From NCBI GenBank assembly GCA_965197905.1, contig CBDAOB010000004.1:1920001-1984000 (forward strand): a stretch of DNA of 64,000 nt. The letters are read 5' to 3'. The position numbers were made by a program, and so were the translations under genes. The notes beneath the pieces were generated by a model that made no database searches, was not told the DNA's origin, and saw nothing but the letters and a program-made list of their open reading frames with translations. Shown in pieces: positions 19,388 through 28,974 of the stretch (positions are counted from its first letter, which is position 1; the number at the start of each line of letters is the position of its first letter). Origin of the DNA: Candidatus Latescibacterota bacterium. Lineage in GTDB: Bacteria > Latescibacterota > UBA2968 > UBA8231.

Positions 19388-20824
19388 ATGACCGCAGCTG
19401 ACCTCCGCCTCGGGCCCATCTGGCTGGACCGAAAATGGTTCGTCGGATTCTTGTGTCTGCAAGCCGGTTTGATCGTGGGTATCCTGCTGCTTCCCATCAT
19501 GTTCTTACAGGTAATTGGCGTCGGTGTGGGCGGTGGGATCCTGCTTAGTCTGCTGGTTCTGCATCCGTGGATCATCGTTCCCGCCATTGTCGCAACCACC
19601 GCACTCGACATCAGTGGCAAGATCATTGAAACGACGGCGTTGGGAATCCCGCTTACCGGATTCCATCTGGCCCTGGGGTTGATGATCGTCGGCTTGGGGG
19701 TCAACACTTTCCTGCGTCGTCGCACCCAGTTTCCTCCGTTCCAATTGGCGGTGCCGCTGTTTCTGCTGTTGGGAGTCATGGCGATATCGTTGACTTATTC
19801 TCCGAATCAACCCGAAGCGACGATCGGATTCATGCGGACGCTGGTGCTGACTTTGTTTCTCTATTTGACCATCGTCATGCTAGAAACCAAAACAGCAATC
19901 AACGCCGTGGTTGTCTCGATGGCGGTGGCGCTCATTGCCGGTTCGGTGCTGGGGGTGGTGCAGATCGTCACCGAAAGTTTCTTCCTTCCCGCCAGCTTCG
20001 TTATAGCCGTCGGTGCGAACGCGCCGCGAGCGACAGGTACCTTTCACAACCCCAATACCTTCGGCACTTTCCTCATGGTCGGCGTGGTGTTTCTCTTTGG
20101 TCTCCTGGTTAACTACCGCACCGGCTGGTGGAAGACGTTGCTGGTGCTGGTTTCCCTGTCGTTCGGAGTCACCGGATTGATAGTTACCTTCAGCCGCGCC
20201 AACTGGGTGGCCGCCCTGGTGGGTATCGTCGTGGCGCTGGCGTTGGCTAGGAAATTGCGCTATCTCTTTGCCGTCTCGGCGATCGGCGTCCTGGCGATTC
20301 TGGCAACGAAGGAGTTCGTGCCGTTCGCCGAGCACATCTTCTTACGCTTCGTATCGATTTTCACCATCTTCGAGCAATTTGGTTCGATGGGGCGCGAATC
20401 GAGTTCGGCGCGCATCTATTTTGTATTCGCCGCGTTCAAGATGTTCCTGGACCATCCGCTCCTCGGTGCCGGCTGGCGCGCGTTCCCGATCATATTCGAC
20501 GATTACAAATCCCCGGATTTCCCCTTTTGGGTGCCCACCAAAGAATCCCACACCCTATTTGCCAACATCCTGGCGGAATTGGGACTGGTCGGTCTGATTG
20601 CAGCAGGCTGGATCGTCTGGCGCACCCTCAGCCACGGTTTCGCGGCCCTAAAACGAATGCGCGACCCGTATTTGCGGGCGCTGGTAGCGGCCCTTTTGTC
20701 CGTCTTTCTGGCTTTTCAGGTTAGCCTTTCGCTCACCGCTGACTTCAGCAACAATTTTCTGTGGATGTTCACCGGCATGCTCTTCGCGGTAACCAGTCTC
20801 GACCAACGCACCGATCCGGCGTGA
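19388..20824 (+). CDS. O-antigen ligase / Wzy polymerase family protein
   Basis: RATGTFHNPN, TFSRANW, HPLLGAGW, SHTLF..ILAELGLVG. Confidence 0.88.
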   Translation: MTAADLRLGPIWLDRKWFVGFLCLQAGLIVGILLLPIMFLQVIGVGVGGGILLSLLVLHPWIIVPAIVATTALDISGKIIETTALGIPLTGFHLALGLMIVGLGVNTFLRRRTQFPPFQLAVPLFLLLGVMAISLTYSPNQPEATIGFMRTLVLTLFLYLTIVMLETKTAINAVVVSMAVALIAGSVLGVVQIVTESFFLPASFVIAVGANAPRATGTFHNPNTFGTFLMVGVVFLFGLLVNYRTGWWKTLLVLVSLSFGVTGLIVTFSRANWVAALVGIVVALALARKLRYLFAVSAIGVLAILATKEFVPFAEHIFLRFVSIFTIFEQFGSMGRESSSARIYFVFAAFKMFLDHPLLGAGWRAFPIIFDDYKSPDFPFWVPTKESHTLFANILAELGLVGLIAAGWIVWRTLSHGFAALKRMRDPYLRALVAALLSVFLAFQVSLSLTADFSNNFLWMFTGMLFAVTSLDQRTDPA

Positions 20825-21972
20825 AGCTGTTAGTCACCTCGCACCTCTACCCAAGCCTCCTTTCCTATACCGGAGGCAGTTTTGTTCAGAACCAGGTTCG
20901 CTTTCTAAGAGAGTACTGCGACATCCAGGTCGTTGTGCCGACCCCCTGGTTTCCCTTGCCTTTTTTTCCGCGGTGGAGTGCGCACAGAAAGCTGCCACAA
21001 CGCGAACAGGTCGATGGCATCGAAGTGCTGCGACCGCGGTACGTCACCTTGCCGCGACGAATCTTATTTTCAGGGGTTTGGCGTTCCTACCTCGCCGCCA
21101 TGGAAGCGTCGGCTGAGATCGGTGCCGATCTGGTGCACGCACACTGCGCCTACCCGGACGGTTACGCCGCCATCGAATATGGGCGCCGACATCAGGTCCC
21201 CGTGGTGATCACCGTCCACGGCCACGACATCAAGGTGTTGCCTGAGGCCAACCCACAATGGCGGCAGCAGATCGCTCAGGCCTTGGAGGATGCGTCAGCC
21301 GTTATCGCCGTCAGCGAGGATCTGGCATCGAGGGTACGGGACCTGGGAGTTTCCCCCGGTAAGATTCACACCATTCCCAACGGTGTGGACTGCGACCTGT
21401 TTGAGCCCGATCTGTCGCGCGCCCCGGGAACCGAGGGCTGGCACCTCCTCTACGTTGGGCGGTTCGATCCCGCCAAGGGGATTGGCATTCTTCTCGAGGC
21501 GTTTGCGGGGGTGGTGCGCAAGATTCCCGAATGCCGATTGACACTCGTTGGCGGCAACGAGGCCACGGGATCGGAGGATCGCTTTAAGGGTCAGATGGAG
21601 GCGCTCGAGCTCGATCACCGCGTCAGCTGGCATCGAGAGGTCCAATGGGATCAGATTCCCGTCTACATGCGGCGTGCCGACCTCTTCGTGCTGCCAAGTT
21701 TTTCCGAGGGGTTGCCGTTGTCGCTCATCGAATCGATGGCGTGCGGGTTGCCTATCGTCGCAACCCGATGTGGCGGACCTGAGGAAGCGGTGGACGACTC
21801 GGTGGGTCGGTTGGTGGCGGTGGGAGATGTCGAAGGACTGGAGTCGGCGATTTTACATGTTGTCCGCAACTACGATAAGTTCGACCGGGCGGCGATCCGA
21901 ACCCGGGCACAGCGATTATACGATTACCGCAACATCGCCCGTCGCATCAACGATCTCTACAGATCGTTGTGA
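20821..21972 (+). CDS. GT4 glycosyltransferase (TuaC-like)
   Basis: HAHCAYPDG, TVHGHD, VGRFDPAKG, PSFSEGLPLSLIESMACGLP. Confidence 0.9.
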   Translation: MKLLVTSHLYPSLLSYTGGSFVQNQVRFLREYCDIQVVVPTPWFPLPFFPRWSAHRKLPQREQVDGIEVLRPRYVTLPRRILFSGVWRSYLAAMEASAEIGADLVHAHCAYPDGYAAIEYGRRHQVPVVITVHGHDIKVLPEANPQWRQQIAQALEDASAVIAVSEDLASRVRDLGVSPGKIHTIPNGVDCDLFEPDLSRAPGTEGWHLLYVGRFDPAKGIGILLEAFAGVVRKIPECRLTLVGGNEATGSEDRFKGQMEALELDHRVSWHREVQWDQIPVYMRRADLFVLPSFSEGLPLSLIESMACGLPIVATRCGGPEEAVDDSVGRLVAVGDVEGLESAILHVVRNYDKFDRAAIRTRAQRLYDYRNIARRINDLYRSL

Positions 21973-21975
21973 ACA

Positions 21976-23136
21976 TCAGCTGCTGCCAGAAGTCAGCAGC
22001 GACCTGTAGAAGTCCACGAGGGCAGGGCTCTGGCAATCCCAATTGTACTTGTTAAGGACCATTTGCCGACCTCTTGACCCCATCCGTTTTCGTTCAACCG
22101 GATCACCGAGTAGTCGTTTGACGGCTTCGAGAACAGCTGTGGGGGACAACGGGTCGACGGCGACCCCACATTCTGCTTCATCGATAATCTGTTTCCACAG
22201 CGGGAAGTCCGATACCACGACTGCTTTCCCCATCATCATATACTCGAACATCTTCGTTGGCAGCGAACGCAGATAGTTGGGGTCGGGGTGTAGCAGGGCC
22301 AATCCGACGTCGGCGGCGAGAATGCGGCGGTGCACCTCGTCGTGCGACACCGGGCCAGTGAAGTCTACATTCTCTTCGATGCCGTATCGATGCACCAGGT
22401 CACGTGCCTGCCGCTCTTCCTGTTGTGAACCGACGGGTCCCACCAGGTGGAGAGATATATCCGGCTGCTCCGGTTTCAGATTGCGCACCAGGGTGAGCAT
22501 GTCGAACAAGCCCCGTAAAGCGGTTAGACTGCCGATATAGACCAACACCGGACCTTTGCCGTTTTCGACGACAGCGGGGCGGTAATAGTCGGCGTAGGCC
22601 AACAGCGGGTAATTCAGCACGACCAGTGACTTCTTTGCGCCGTAGTAGCGCGCGTAGGCGTGATCCGCCAGGGTGACGGCGTCGAAAAATCGCAGGGCAA
22701 TCAACTCTATGGCGCGATACAGCCATGCCATGCAGGCTCTCAGGGGAAGCGGAATCCACTTCTTGCTGCGTATCGATTCCGGCACGTCTTCGTGTACGTC
22801 GTATACCAGAATCGAACCGGTGAGCATCTTGAGAATCAGACAGACGGGGATCAGTTCCGGATCATGAAAGATATATACATCAGCCTTTCGTCTCAGCGCC
22901 AGGCGCAAGACACGTGAGGTGGCCAGCATGCGCCGTCCCCTGTTTTTGGGAACGGGGAGCGGTATTACCTCGATGCCGCCGGCGTCACAGGTGGTTTGGT
23001 CCTCGAGTGCGACAACGCTAACCCGAAATCCTGCGTTGGCGAGAGTGCGTGCTTCTGCCTGGAACATGCGAACGTCAAAGGTGAAATGCACGGAGCTGAG
23101 TATGCAAATGTGCTCAGGCATCGATCTCGTATGCAA
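21976..23136 (-). CDS. GT4 glycosyltransferase
   Basis: SSVH..DVRMF..EA, HDPEL, YDVHED, PTKMFEYM. Confidence 0.9.
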   Translation of the reverse strand: MHTRSMPEHICILSSVHFTFDVRMFQAEARTLANAGFRVSVVALEDQTTCDAGGIEVIPLPVPKNRGRRMLATSRVLRLALRRKADVYIFHDPELIPVCLILKMLTGSILVYDVHEDVPESIRSKKWIPLPLRACMAWLYRAIELIALRFFDAVTLADHAYARYYGAKKSLVVLNYPLLAYADYYRPAVVENGKGPVLVYIGSLTALRGLFDMLTLVRNLKPEQPDISLHLVGPVGSQQEERQARDLVHRYGIEENVDFTGPVSHDEVHRRILAADVGLALLHPDPNYLRSLPTKMFEYMMMGKAVVVSDFPLWKQIIDEAECGVAVDPLSPTAVLEAVKRLLGDPVERKRMGSRGRQMVLNKYNWDCQSPALVDFYRSLLTSGSS

Positions 23137-23217
23137 AAACGCTAGGAAAAATCCGTGGTTGGTGGTGTGGGATTAGAGCGCTTGACGTGTGTAGCAATCC
23201 AATGGCGAGAGGCGTTC

Positions 23218-23246
23218 TTGACATCCGCAGAACCCTCTGTTATTGT
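23218..23246 (+). promoter_or_regulatory. Sigma70-like promoter
   Basis: TTGACA-N17-TATTGT with an extended TG, upstream of the carbamoyltransferase. Confidence 0.7.
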
Positions 23247-23310
23247 GTCATTTTAGGCCCGATTCAATATAAGCTATGGTCGTCCTACTTGCCCGTAGCG
23301 AGAAAGCTAA

Positions 23311-25023
23311 GTGTCGATATTCCTCGGATTGTTTGACGGGCACAACGCCTCGGCGTCGGTCCTCTGCGACGGTCGAATAGAGAAGGCATTTCAGGAAGAA
23401 CGCCTCAGCCGCACCAAGAATCACTTCGGCCCCCCCGTCCAAGCCACCCAAGAAATCCTTGCGCTTCTCGGCGCCATGCCCGCCGATGTAGACAAGGTTT
23501 GCCTCGTGTCACGCTACATCCCGGCTCCACGACATCCGCGCTCGATCAAAGACCTGTTCGACGAGCGTTACAGAAACGGTGTTCGTCAGCGGTTGGTACG
23601 GACCTGTGCGAATATCAACTTCTACAGAACGCTGCGAAGTCGGCAACGCATGCAACAGCGCCGGGAGGTGGTCGCTGAATGGGGCTTCGATCCAAATCGG
23701 ATCGAGTTTTGCGATCACCACCAAGCCCACGCGGCCAGCGCCTACTATGGACTGCGGAAAGACGATCAACCCTATCTGATTTTGACCCTGGATGGCGGAG
23801 GTGACGGTCTATCCGGATCGGTTTGGGTGGGAAACAAAGGTGCGCTGGCGCCGGTGGCAACCATCCCACAAGCCGACAGTCTGGGAGAGATATACGCCGC
23901 AACGACCCACTATCTTGGGTTTATGCCCCTTGAGCACGAATACAAACTCATGGGTATGGCTCCCTACGGCGCCGACGGATACGCCCAAGATGTTGCGCGC
24001 CTGTACGGAAACTACGTAGATCTCGACGGTCGAGATCCGCTCCGCTTCGCCCGCAAGGTGCCCGAGCCCCTATCGCGCATCGGGCCTCGACTACAGAACG
24101 ATCTGCGGCGCGTCCGCTTCGACAACATCTGTTCGGGGTTGCAGTTGTTCACCGAAAGCCTGATTAAACGCTGGGTCCAAGCGTGCGTCGAAAAGACCGA
24201 CGTATCTCGGGTTCTCGCCGCCGGCGGCGTGTTTATGAACGTTAAGGCGAACAAGGTGATTGGCGAGCTGGACTGCATCGAGTATTTCGAAGCACTACCG
24301 TCCTGCGGAGACGAGACACTACCCTTCGGCGGGTGTTATCTGGTTTCGGAGGCCGCCGGTCAAGAGACTCAGCCCTTGGACCACTGTTACCTGGGCAACG
24401 ATCTGGCGTTGGAGGAGTGCCGGGCAGCGTTAGCACCGTTAGACCAGGTGGCGGTGGAAGAGCCGAAAGATCTGGAGTTGCGCACCGCCCAACTTCTGGC
24501 TTCCGGCAAGATTGTCGCGCGCGCCGCAGGTCCGATGGAGTTTGGAGCGCGGGCACTCGGGAACCGATCCATCCTCGCCGATCCGATCAACCAGGACGTG
24601 GTGCGGATCATCAACAGAATGATCAAGAACCGGGATTTTTGGATGCCCTTTGCCCCTGTGGTTTGCAGCGACAAAGCATCTCTCTATTTCGACAATCCGA
24701 AACAGCTGCCATCGCCGTACATGATGAACACCTTTGGCTCATCCAGCCGGCGTGGCGAGTTCATGGCGGCCGTACACAATGCCGATCTCACGGCGCGCCC
24801 ACAGCTGCTGCAGCCCGGCCAGAACGATCGGTACGAGGCGGTGCTGAAGCACTTCGGAGATCTCACCGACCGACACGTGCTGCTCAATACCTCCTTCAAC
24901 CTGCACGGCGAACCGATTGTCTGCACCGCCAAAGACGCGGTCCACGTTTTCGCGAACTCGGGCTTGGACCACATGATATTGGGTCCTCTGCTGGTTTCGA
25001 AGCAACGCAATACCCAATGCTAG
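23311..25023 (+). CDS. NodU/CmcH-family carbamoyltransferase
   Basis: HNASA, QEERLSRTK, HHQAHAASAYY, LDGGGD, EYKLMGMAPYG, EFGARALGNRSILA, LLNTSFNLHGEPIV. Confidence 0.95.
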   Translation: MSIFLGLFDGHNASASVLCDGRIEKAFQEERLSRTKNHFGPPVQATQEILALLGAMPADVDKVCLVSRYIPAPRHPRSIKDLFDERYRNGVRQRLVRTCANINFYRTLRSRQRMQQRREVVAEWGFDPNRIEFCDHHQAHAASAYYGLRKDDQPYLILTLDGGGDGLSGSVWVGNKGALAPVATIPQADSLGEIYAATTHYLGFMPLEHEYKLMGMAPYGADGYAQDVARLYGNYVDLDGRDPLRFARKVPEPLSRIGPRLQNDLRRVRFDNICSGLQLFTESLIKRWVQACVEKTDVSRVLAAGGVFMNVKANKVIGELDCIEYFEALPSCGDETLPFGGCYLVSEAAGQETQPLDHCYLGNDLALEECRAALAPLDQVAVEEPKDLELRTAQLLASGKIVARAAGPMEFGARALGNRSILADPINQDVVRIINRMIKNRDFWMPFAPVVCSDKASLYFDNPKQLPSPYMMNTFGSSSRRGEFMAAVHNADLTARPQLLQPGQNDRYEAVLKHFGDLTDRHVLLNTSFNLHGEPIVCTAKDAVHVFANSGLDHMILGPLLVSKQRNTQC

Positions 25024-26162
25024 CGGCAATTCTGGCAGCGGCGGCGATTCTTATTTTTTACACCTACCTGCTTTATCCCGCCCTGTTGTGGTTACTTACG
25101 TTCTGGCGCAAGACGGCGACCCTCGACGACGCTGCGGAGCTACCCAGGGTTTCACTGGTACTTGCTGCGTATAACGAAATAGCTGTCATCGCCGCCAAGC
25201 TGGAAAATGCTCTCGGTCTCGCGTTTCCAGCGAAAAATCTCGAGATCATCGCCGTGTCTGACTGTTCGGAGGATGGCACCGATGAAGCTATCCTCGCTTT
25301 TCGCGATCGCGGCGTACTTTTCCATCGCATGGAACGGCAAGGCGGCAAAACTCTAGCCCAGAACGCGGCAGCGAAATTGGCTACAGGCGAGATTCTCGTG
25401 TTTTCGGACGCCAACAGCATCTTTGCTAGCGACGCACTCACGCACCTTCTGCGTCCTTTCGCCGACTCGAGGGTAGGGGCGGTATGTGGTGAACTACGAT
25501 ACCGCAACCCGGGCGATGAAGGTGCGGGGAAAGGTGAGGGCCTCTACTGGCGTTACGAGCGGTTTCTCAAGCGACGGGAGAGCCTCTTGAGCTCGACCCT
25601 CGGGGCCAATGGGGGCATTTATGCCGTCAGACGGGCGCTTTTCGACGAGCTGGATCAGGAGATTATCAGCGACTTCATAATGCCGGTTCGCGTATGGCGA
25701 AAAGGGTTCCGGGTGGTGTACGCACCCGAGGCGGTGGCGGTGGAAACCACCGGCGCCACCTTCCGAGACGAATTTCGCCGACGTCGCCGCATCATCGCGC
25801 GCAGTTGGTACGGCTTGTGGAGCGAGTCGGGGGTTCTGAATCCGCTGCGGCACGGATACTTCGCGTGGCAGATGTTCTCACATAAGGTGATGCGATGGCT
25901 GGTCCCCGTGTTCATGACACTTGCCTTCGTCACCAATCTGCTCCTGCTCGAGCATTCGTTTTTCCTATACCTGCTGTATGCTCAGATCGCGTTCTATGGA
26001 ATGGCGGTGGTCGGCTGCATCGACACTCGATTTCTCGGCCGCACCTTTCCCTTCTATGTGCCTGCCTACTTCTGCGCCACCAACCTGGGCGCGCTCTTCG
26101 GATTGTGGAGCTTTCTTTCTGGTCGGCGAATCTCCACTTGGAAACCGGTAGAACGCCGGTGA
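25017..26162 (+). CDS. GT2 glycosyltransferase with TM segments
   Basis: AAYNE, SDCSEDGT, FSDAN, YWRYE, GANGGIYAVR, EFRRRRRI. Confidence 0.9.
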   Translation: MLAAILAAAAILIFYTYLLYPALLWLLTFWRKTATLDDAAELPRVSLVLAAYNEIAVIAAKLENALGLAFPAKNLEIIAVSDCSEDGTDEAILAFRDRGVLFHRMERQGGKTLAQNAAAKLATGEILVFSDANSIFASDALTHLLRPFADSRVGAVCGELRYRNPGDEGAGKGEGLYWRYERFLKRRESLLSSTLGANGGIYAVRRALFDELDQEIISDFIMPVRVWRKGFRVVYAPEAVAVETTGATFRDEFRRRRRIIARSWYGLWSESGVLNPLRHGYFAWQMFSHKVMRWLVPVFMTLAFVTNLLLLEHSFFLYLLYAQIAFYGMAVVGCIDTRFLGRTFPFYVPAYFCATNLGALFGLWSFLSGRRISTWKPVERR

Positions 26163-26165
26163 GCT

Positions 26166-27626
26166 ATGAGTAAGGCCTACGAAAAAGCTCTGCTAATTCT
26201 CGCGGATTTTGCCGTCATCAACCTGGCTTCTGTCCTGTTTCTGTGGATGAAGCTCGCAGGCGGCCAGCTGGAGAACGTGGAGCGCAGCTGGCAACGTTTG
26301 CATCCTCATTCGGAGGAGTCTGTCAGCTTCTGGTATGCCCTGGACTATTATCTCTATCCTTTACTCGCCCTCTATCTATGCTGGCTTCTTCTGTTCGTTT
26401 TCTTCGGCTCCTACCGCAGTCAGGCACCCCAGTCCCGCTTCGACGAAGTACTCGAGCTTTTCAAGGTCGTAACCCTCGGGGTCCTACTTCTCTTTGTCGC
26501 GACGCTCGACCTCGCGCAACCCTTCCGCCTGACGCGAGCACTCATGTTTTCATACTGGTTCGCACTCTTCGCCTCGATCTCGGTAGCGCGGGTGGCGGTG
26601 CGCAGTTTCGAACGGCAGTTGCTGTTGCGTGGCATCGGCAGACGGAACACGGTAATCGTCGGTACTCAAGCCCGGGGCGAGCGCCTGCTACACGATTTGC
26701 GCAACTCTCCGGGCCAGGGTTTCCACGTCATCGGTTTCGTACCTATATCTCCGCAAGAACCGCGGTTCGTGCAAGAAGAGTTACCGGTTCTGGGACCGGT
26801 CAGCGAGCTGTCCCGGATTATCGCAGCGCACGCGGTCGACTCCGTATTGATCGCGCTGCAGTCCAATTCTCACGAAGAAATATTGGACATCGTCGATGCT
26901 TCCGGCGGCCAGCCTGTTTCGTTCAGCATCACGCCGGATCTCTACGACATCGTCACCGGACATGTGCGTACCAATCAGATCCACGGAGTCCCGCTTATGG
27001 AGTTGCGTCCCGAGCTAATGCCAGCTTGGGAGCAGACGGTGAAACGAACCATTGACGCCGCCGTGGCGATCTTGATCGGACTCGGACTTGCACCTCTGTG
27101 GATTCTGGTAGCCCTAGCCATTCTGGTCGACTCCAAGGGACCGGTGTTGTTTCGCCAGAATCGCATCGGTAGAGACGGCCGGGCCTTTACCATTTATAAG
27201 TTTCGATCGATGCATGTCGACGCCGAAGAGAGGACCGGGCCGGTTTGGGTCAAGGGAGAGGATCCGCGCATTACCCGAATGGGGCGTGTACTCCGGGCGC
27301 TCCATCTGGACGAAGTTCCTCAGTGCATCAACTTCCTCAAAGGGGACATGAGCCTGGTCGGGCCCCGTCCGGAGCGCCCCTATTTCGTCGAGTTGTTCAG
27401 CGGGGAGATTCCGTTTTACATGCGGCGATTCAATGTCAAACCGGGGTTGTTGGGCTGGGCTCAGTCCAAACACGAGTTCGATATCAACTCCAGCGACGTG
27501 GTGGCCATCGCGCAAGAGCGATTGGAGTACGATCTCTACTACATCGAGAACATCTCCCTCAAGCTGGATCTGAAGATCATGTTGCGAACGGTCTGGTTTG
27601 TGCTCGCCGGCAAGAGCACGCGCTGA
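26166..27626 (+). CDS. Undecaprenyl-phosphate glycosylphosphotransferase (WcaJ/WbaP-like priming transferase)
   Basis: YKFRSM, DPRIT..GR.LR..HLDEVPQ..N.LKGDMSLVGPRPERP. Confidence 0.93.
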   Translation: MSKAYEKALLILADFAVINLASVLFLWMKLAGGQLENVERSWQRLHPHSEESVSFWYALDYYLYPLLALYLCWLLLFVFFGSYRSQAPQSRFDEVLELFKVVTLGVLLLFVATLDLAQPFRLTRALMFSYWFALFASISVARVAVRSFERQLLLRGIGRRNTVIVGTQARGERLLHDLRNSPGQGFHVIGFVPISPQEPRFVQEELPVLGPVSELSRIIAAHAVDSVLIALQSNSHEEILDIVDASGGQPVSFSITPDLYDIVTGHVRTNQIHGVPLMELRPELMPAWEQTVKRTIDAAVAILIGLGLAPLWILVALAILVDSKGPVLFRQNRIGRDGRAFTIYKFRSMHVDAEERTGPVWVKGEDPRITRMGRVLRALHLDEVPQCINFLKGDMSLVGPRPERPYFVELFSGEIPFYMRRFNVKPGLLGWAQSKHEFDINSSDVVAIAQERLEYDLYYIENISLKLDLKIMLRTVWFVLAGKSTR

Positions 27627-27663
27627 AAATCTCTCGCGTTGCGGCATCGGTACAGGAATCTCA

Positions 27664-27692
27664 TTGGCTATCGGAATACATATTCCTATAAT
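27664..27692 (+). promoter_or_regulatory. Sigma70-like promoter
   Basis: TTGGCT-N17-TATAAT in an AT-rich intergenic patch. Confidence 0.6.
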
Positions 27693-27719
27693 TGATACGG
27701 AAGAAGGCAGTACTGCCCT

Positions 27720-28157
27720 ATGCGTTGCAACCACATCGCTCTCGACGCGGCCGACCCAGACCGCTACGAAGCCGACTTCACCGCATTCGGTCCCGACCTC
27801 AGCCTCAATTGGAACGGATTCGGCCTGAGGTCGTACTATTACACCTCTACGGAGGAGCTGAACAACGCGCCGGTGGACGAAATCGCGCGCGACGGCTTTA
27901 CCTTAGAGCCTTCCTTCACCCTGTCCCAGGACTCGGACAGATTTCAAGAAATTATGCTCCTGGGTCGCTACAGCGTCGCGGATGAAGAAGACATTGGCGG
28001 AAACACCTATCGACGGACGCAACTTGGGATTGGAGTGAATGCCAAGCTCACTTCCTCGTTCATCGCTCGATTGAGTTACATCGCCCAGGGAGAGGACGAC
28101 GACTTGAACGATCTGGACAACAACGCCTTGACCTTCAGCGTGACAAACGAATTCTAA
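27720..28157 (+). pseudogene. C-terminal remnant of an outer-membrane beta-barrel/porin
   Basis: Amphipathic beta-strand pattern and C-terminal Phe (LTFSVTNEF); only 145 aa and no signal peptide. Confidence 0.6.
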
Positions 28158-28203
28158 CGAACCTCTAGGTCATACCTCGTACACAAAAAGGAGGTTCGTC
28201 CAC

Positions 28204-28776
28204 ATGCATTCATTTACCAGCTGGTGCTCGCGATCAATCCTGATAAGCGCGATCGTGTTGTGCGCTGCGGTTGGGGCGCAAACGAAGATTACTCCGGACC
28301 AGGAAGCAGAGATGTTGCTCAAGGCCCTGTCCTACGATCGCAACCTGGAAAAGCGGTCCGGTTCGGCGATAAACGTCGGCGTTCTCTACACCGGTGACGG
28401 AGAAGCGGAAGCTGCCGCGGTGGCGGCTGCGTTCCAACGAGCCGGAAGAGGCGGTGGAGCTCCCTTGCCCGTTACCGCAACCACGATTCCGTTTACTTCG
28501 GTAAGTGCACTCCTGAAAAAGGTTGAAGGCGAAAATATAAACGCTCTCTATGTCCATCCATCCCTTTCGGCAGCTCTGTCCAGCGTTCAGCAGGTGTCCC
28601 GCGGCAGGAAGATTCTATCCCTGGGAGGATCGAAAGAACTGGTGGAGCGCGGATTGTCGGTGGGCGTGTACATGGGTAAGTCGGCGCCCCGGCTCATTGT
28701 GAATATGAAAGCAGGTAAGGTCGAGGGGCTAGATCTAAAACCAGCAATTCGTCTGGTTGCCAGGGTCGTGAAGTAG
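28204..28776 (+). CDS. YfiR/HmsC-family (DUF4154) periplasmic protein
   Basis: Signal peptide; LLKALSYDRNL, IGVLY-like, LVERGLSVGV, PRLIVN....EG.DL...I..VARVVK; strong RBS AAGGAGG. Confidence 0.75.
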   Translation: MHSFTSWCSRSILISAIVLCAAVGAQTKITPDQEAEMLLKALSYDRNLEKRSGSAINVGVLYTGDGEAEAAAVAAAFQRAGRGGGAPLPVTATTIPFTSVSALLKKVEGENINALYVHPSLSAALSSVQQVSRGRKILSLGGSKELVERGLSVGVYMGKSAPRLIVNMKAGKVEGLDLKPAIRLVARVVK

Positions 28777-28800
28777 ACCGAGCCGCCCCGATCCAACATC

Positions 28801-28841
28801 GGCCCCGAGTCATCTGTAAAGGTGATTCGGGGTTATTTTTT
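28801..28841 (+). terminator. Rho-independent terminator after the yfiR-like gene
   Basis: Stem GGCCCCGAGTCATC / GGTGATTCGGGGTT followed by ATTTTTT. Confidence 0.65.
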
Positions 28842-28974
28842 GGTCAGGAAGGAGCTGCCGCCGGTCGCGGTATTGTTTCCCCGACGTAGGTGATTGTGTA
28901 AATTGTCCTCTCTGAAAGATCGCCGATAAGTGGATGATGCCGAACTCAATTCTCCCGATGGACGGTTAGCTACT

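Noticed and set aside
19330..19401. Short TTG-started ORF with a GAGGTG RBS overlapping the ligase start
   Set aside because: Could be a leader or frameshifted N-terminus, but there is no homology evidence and the ligase ORF looks complete.
24333..25016. Long N-terminal extensions in the ORF track (also 8519, 11904, 16549, 30400, 59308)
   Set aside because: They overlap upstream genes or the MITE in another frame; downstream starts match family N-termini.
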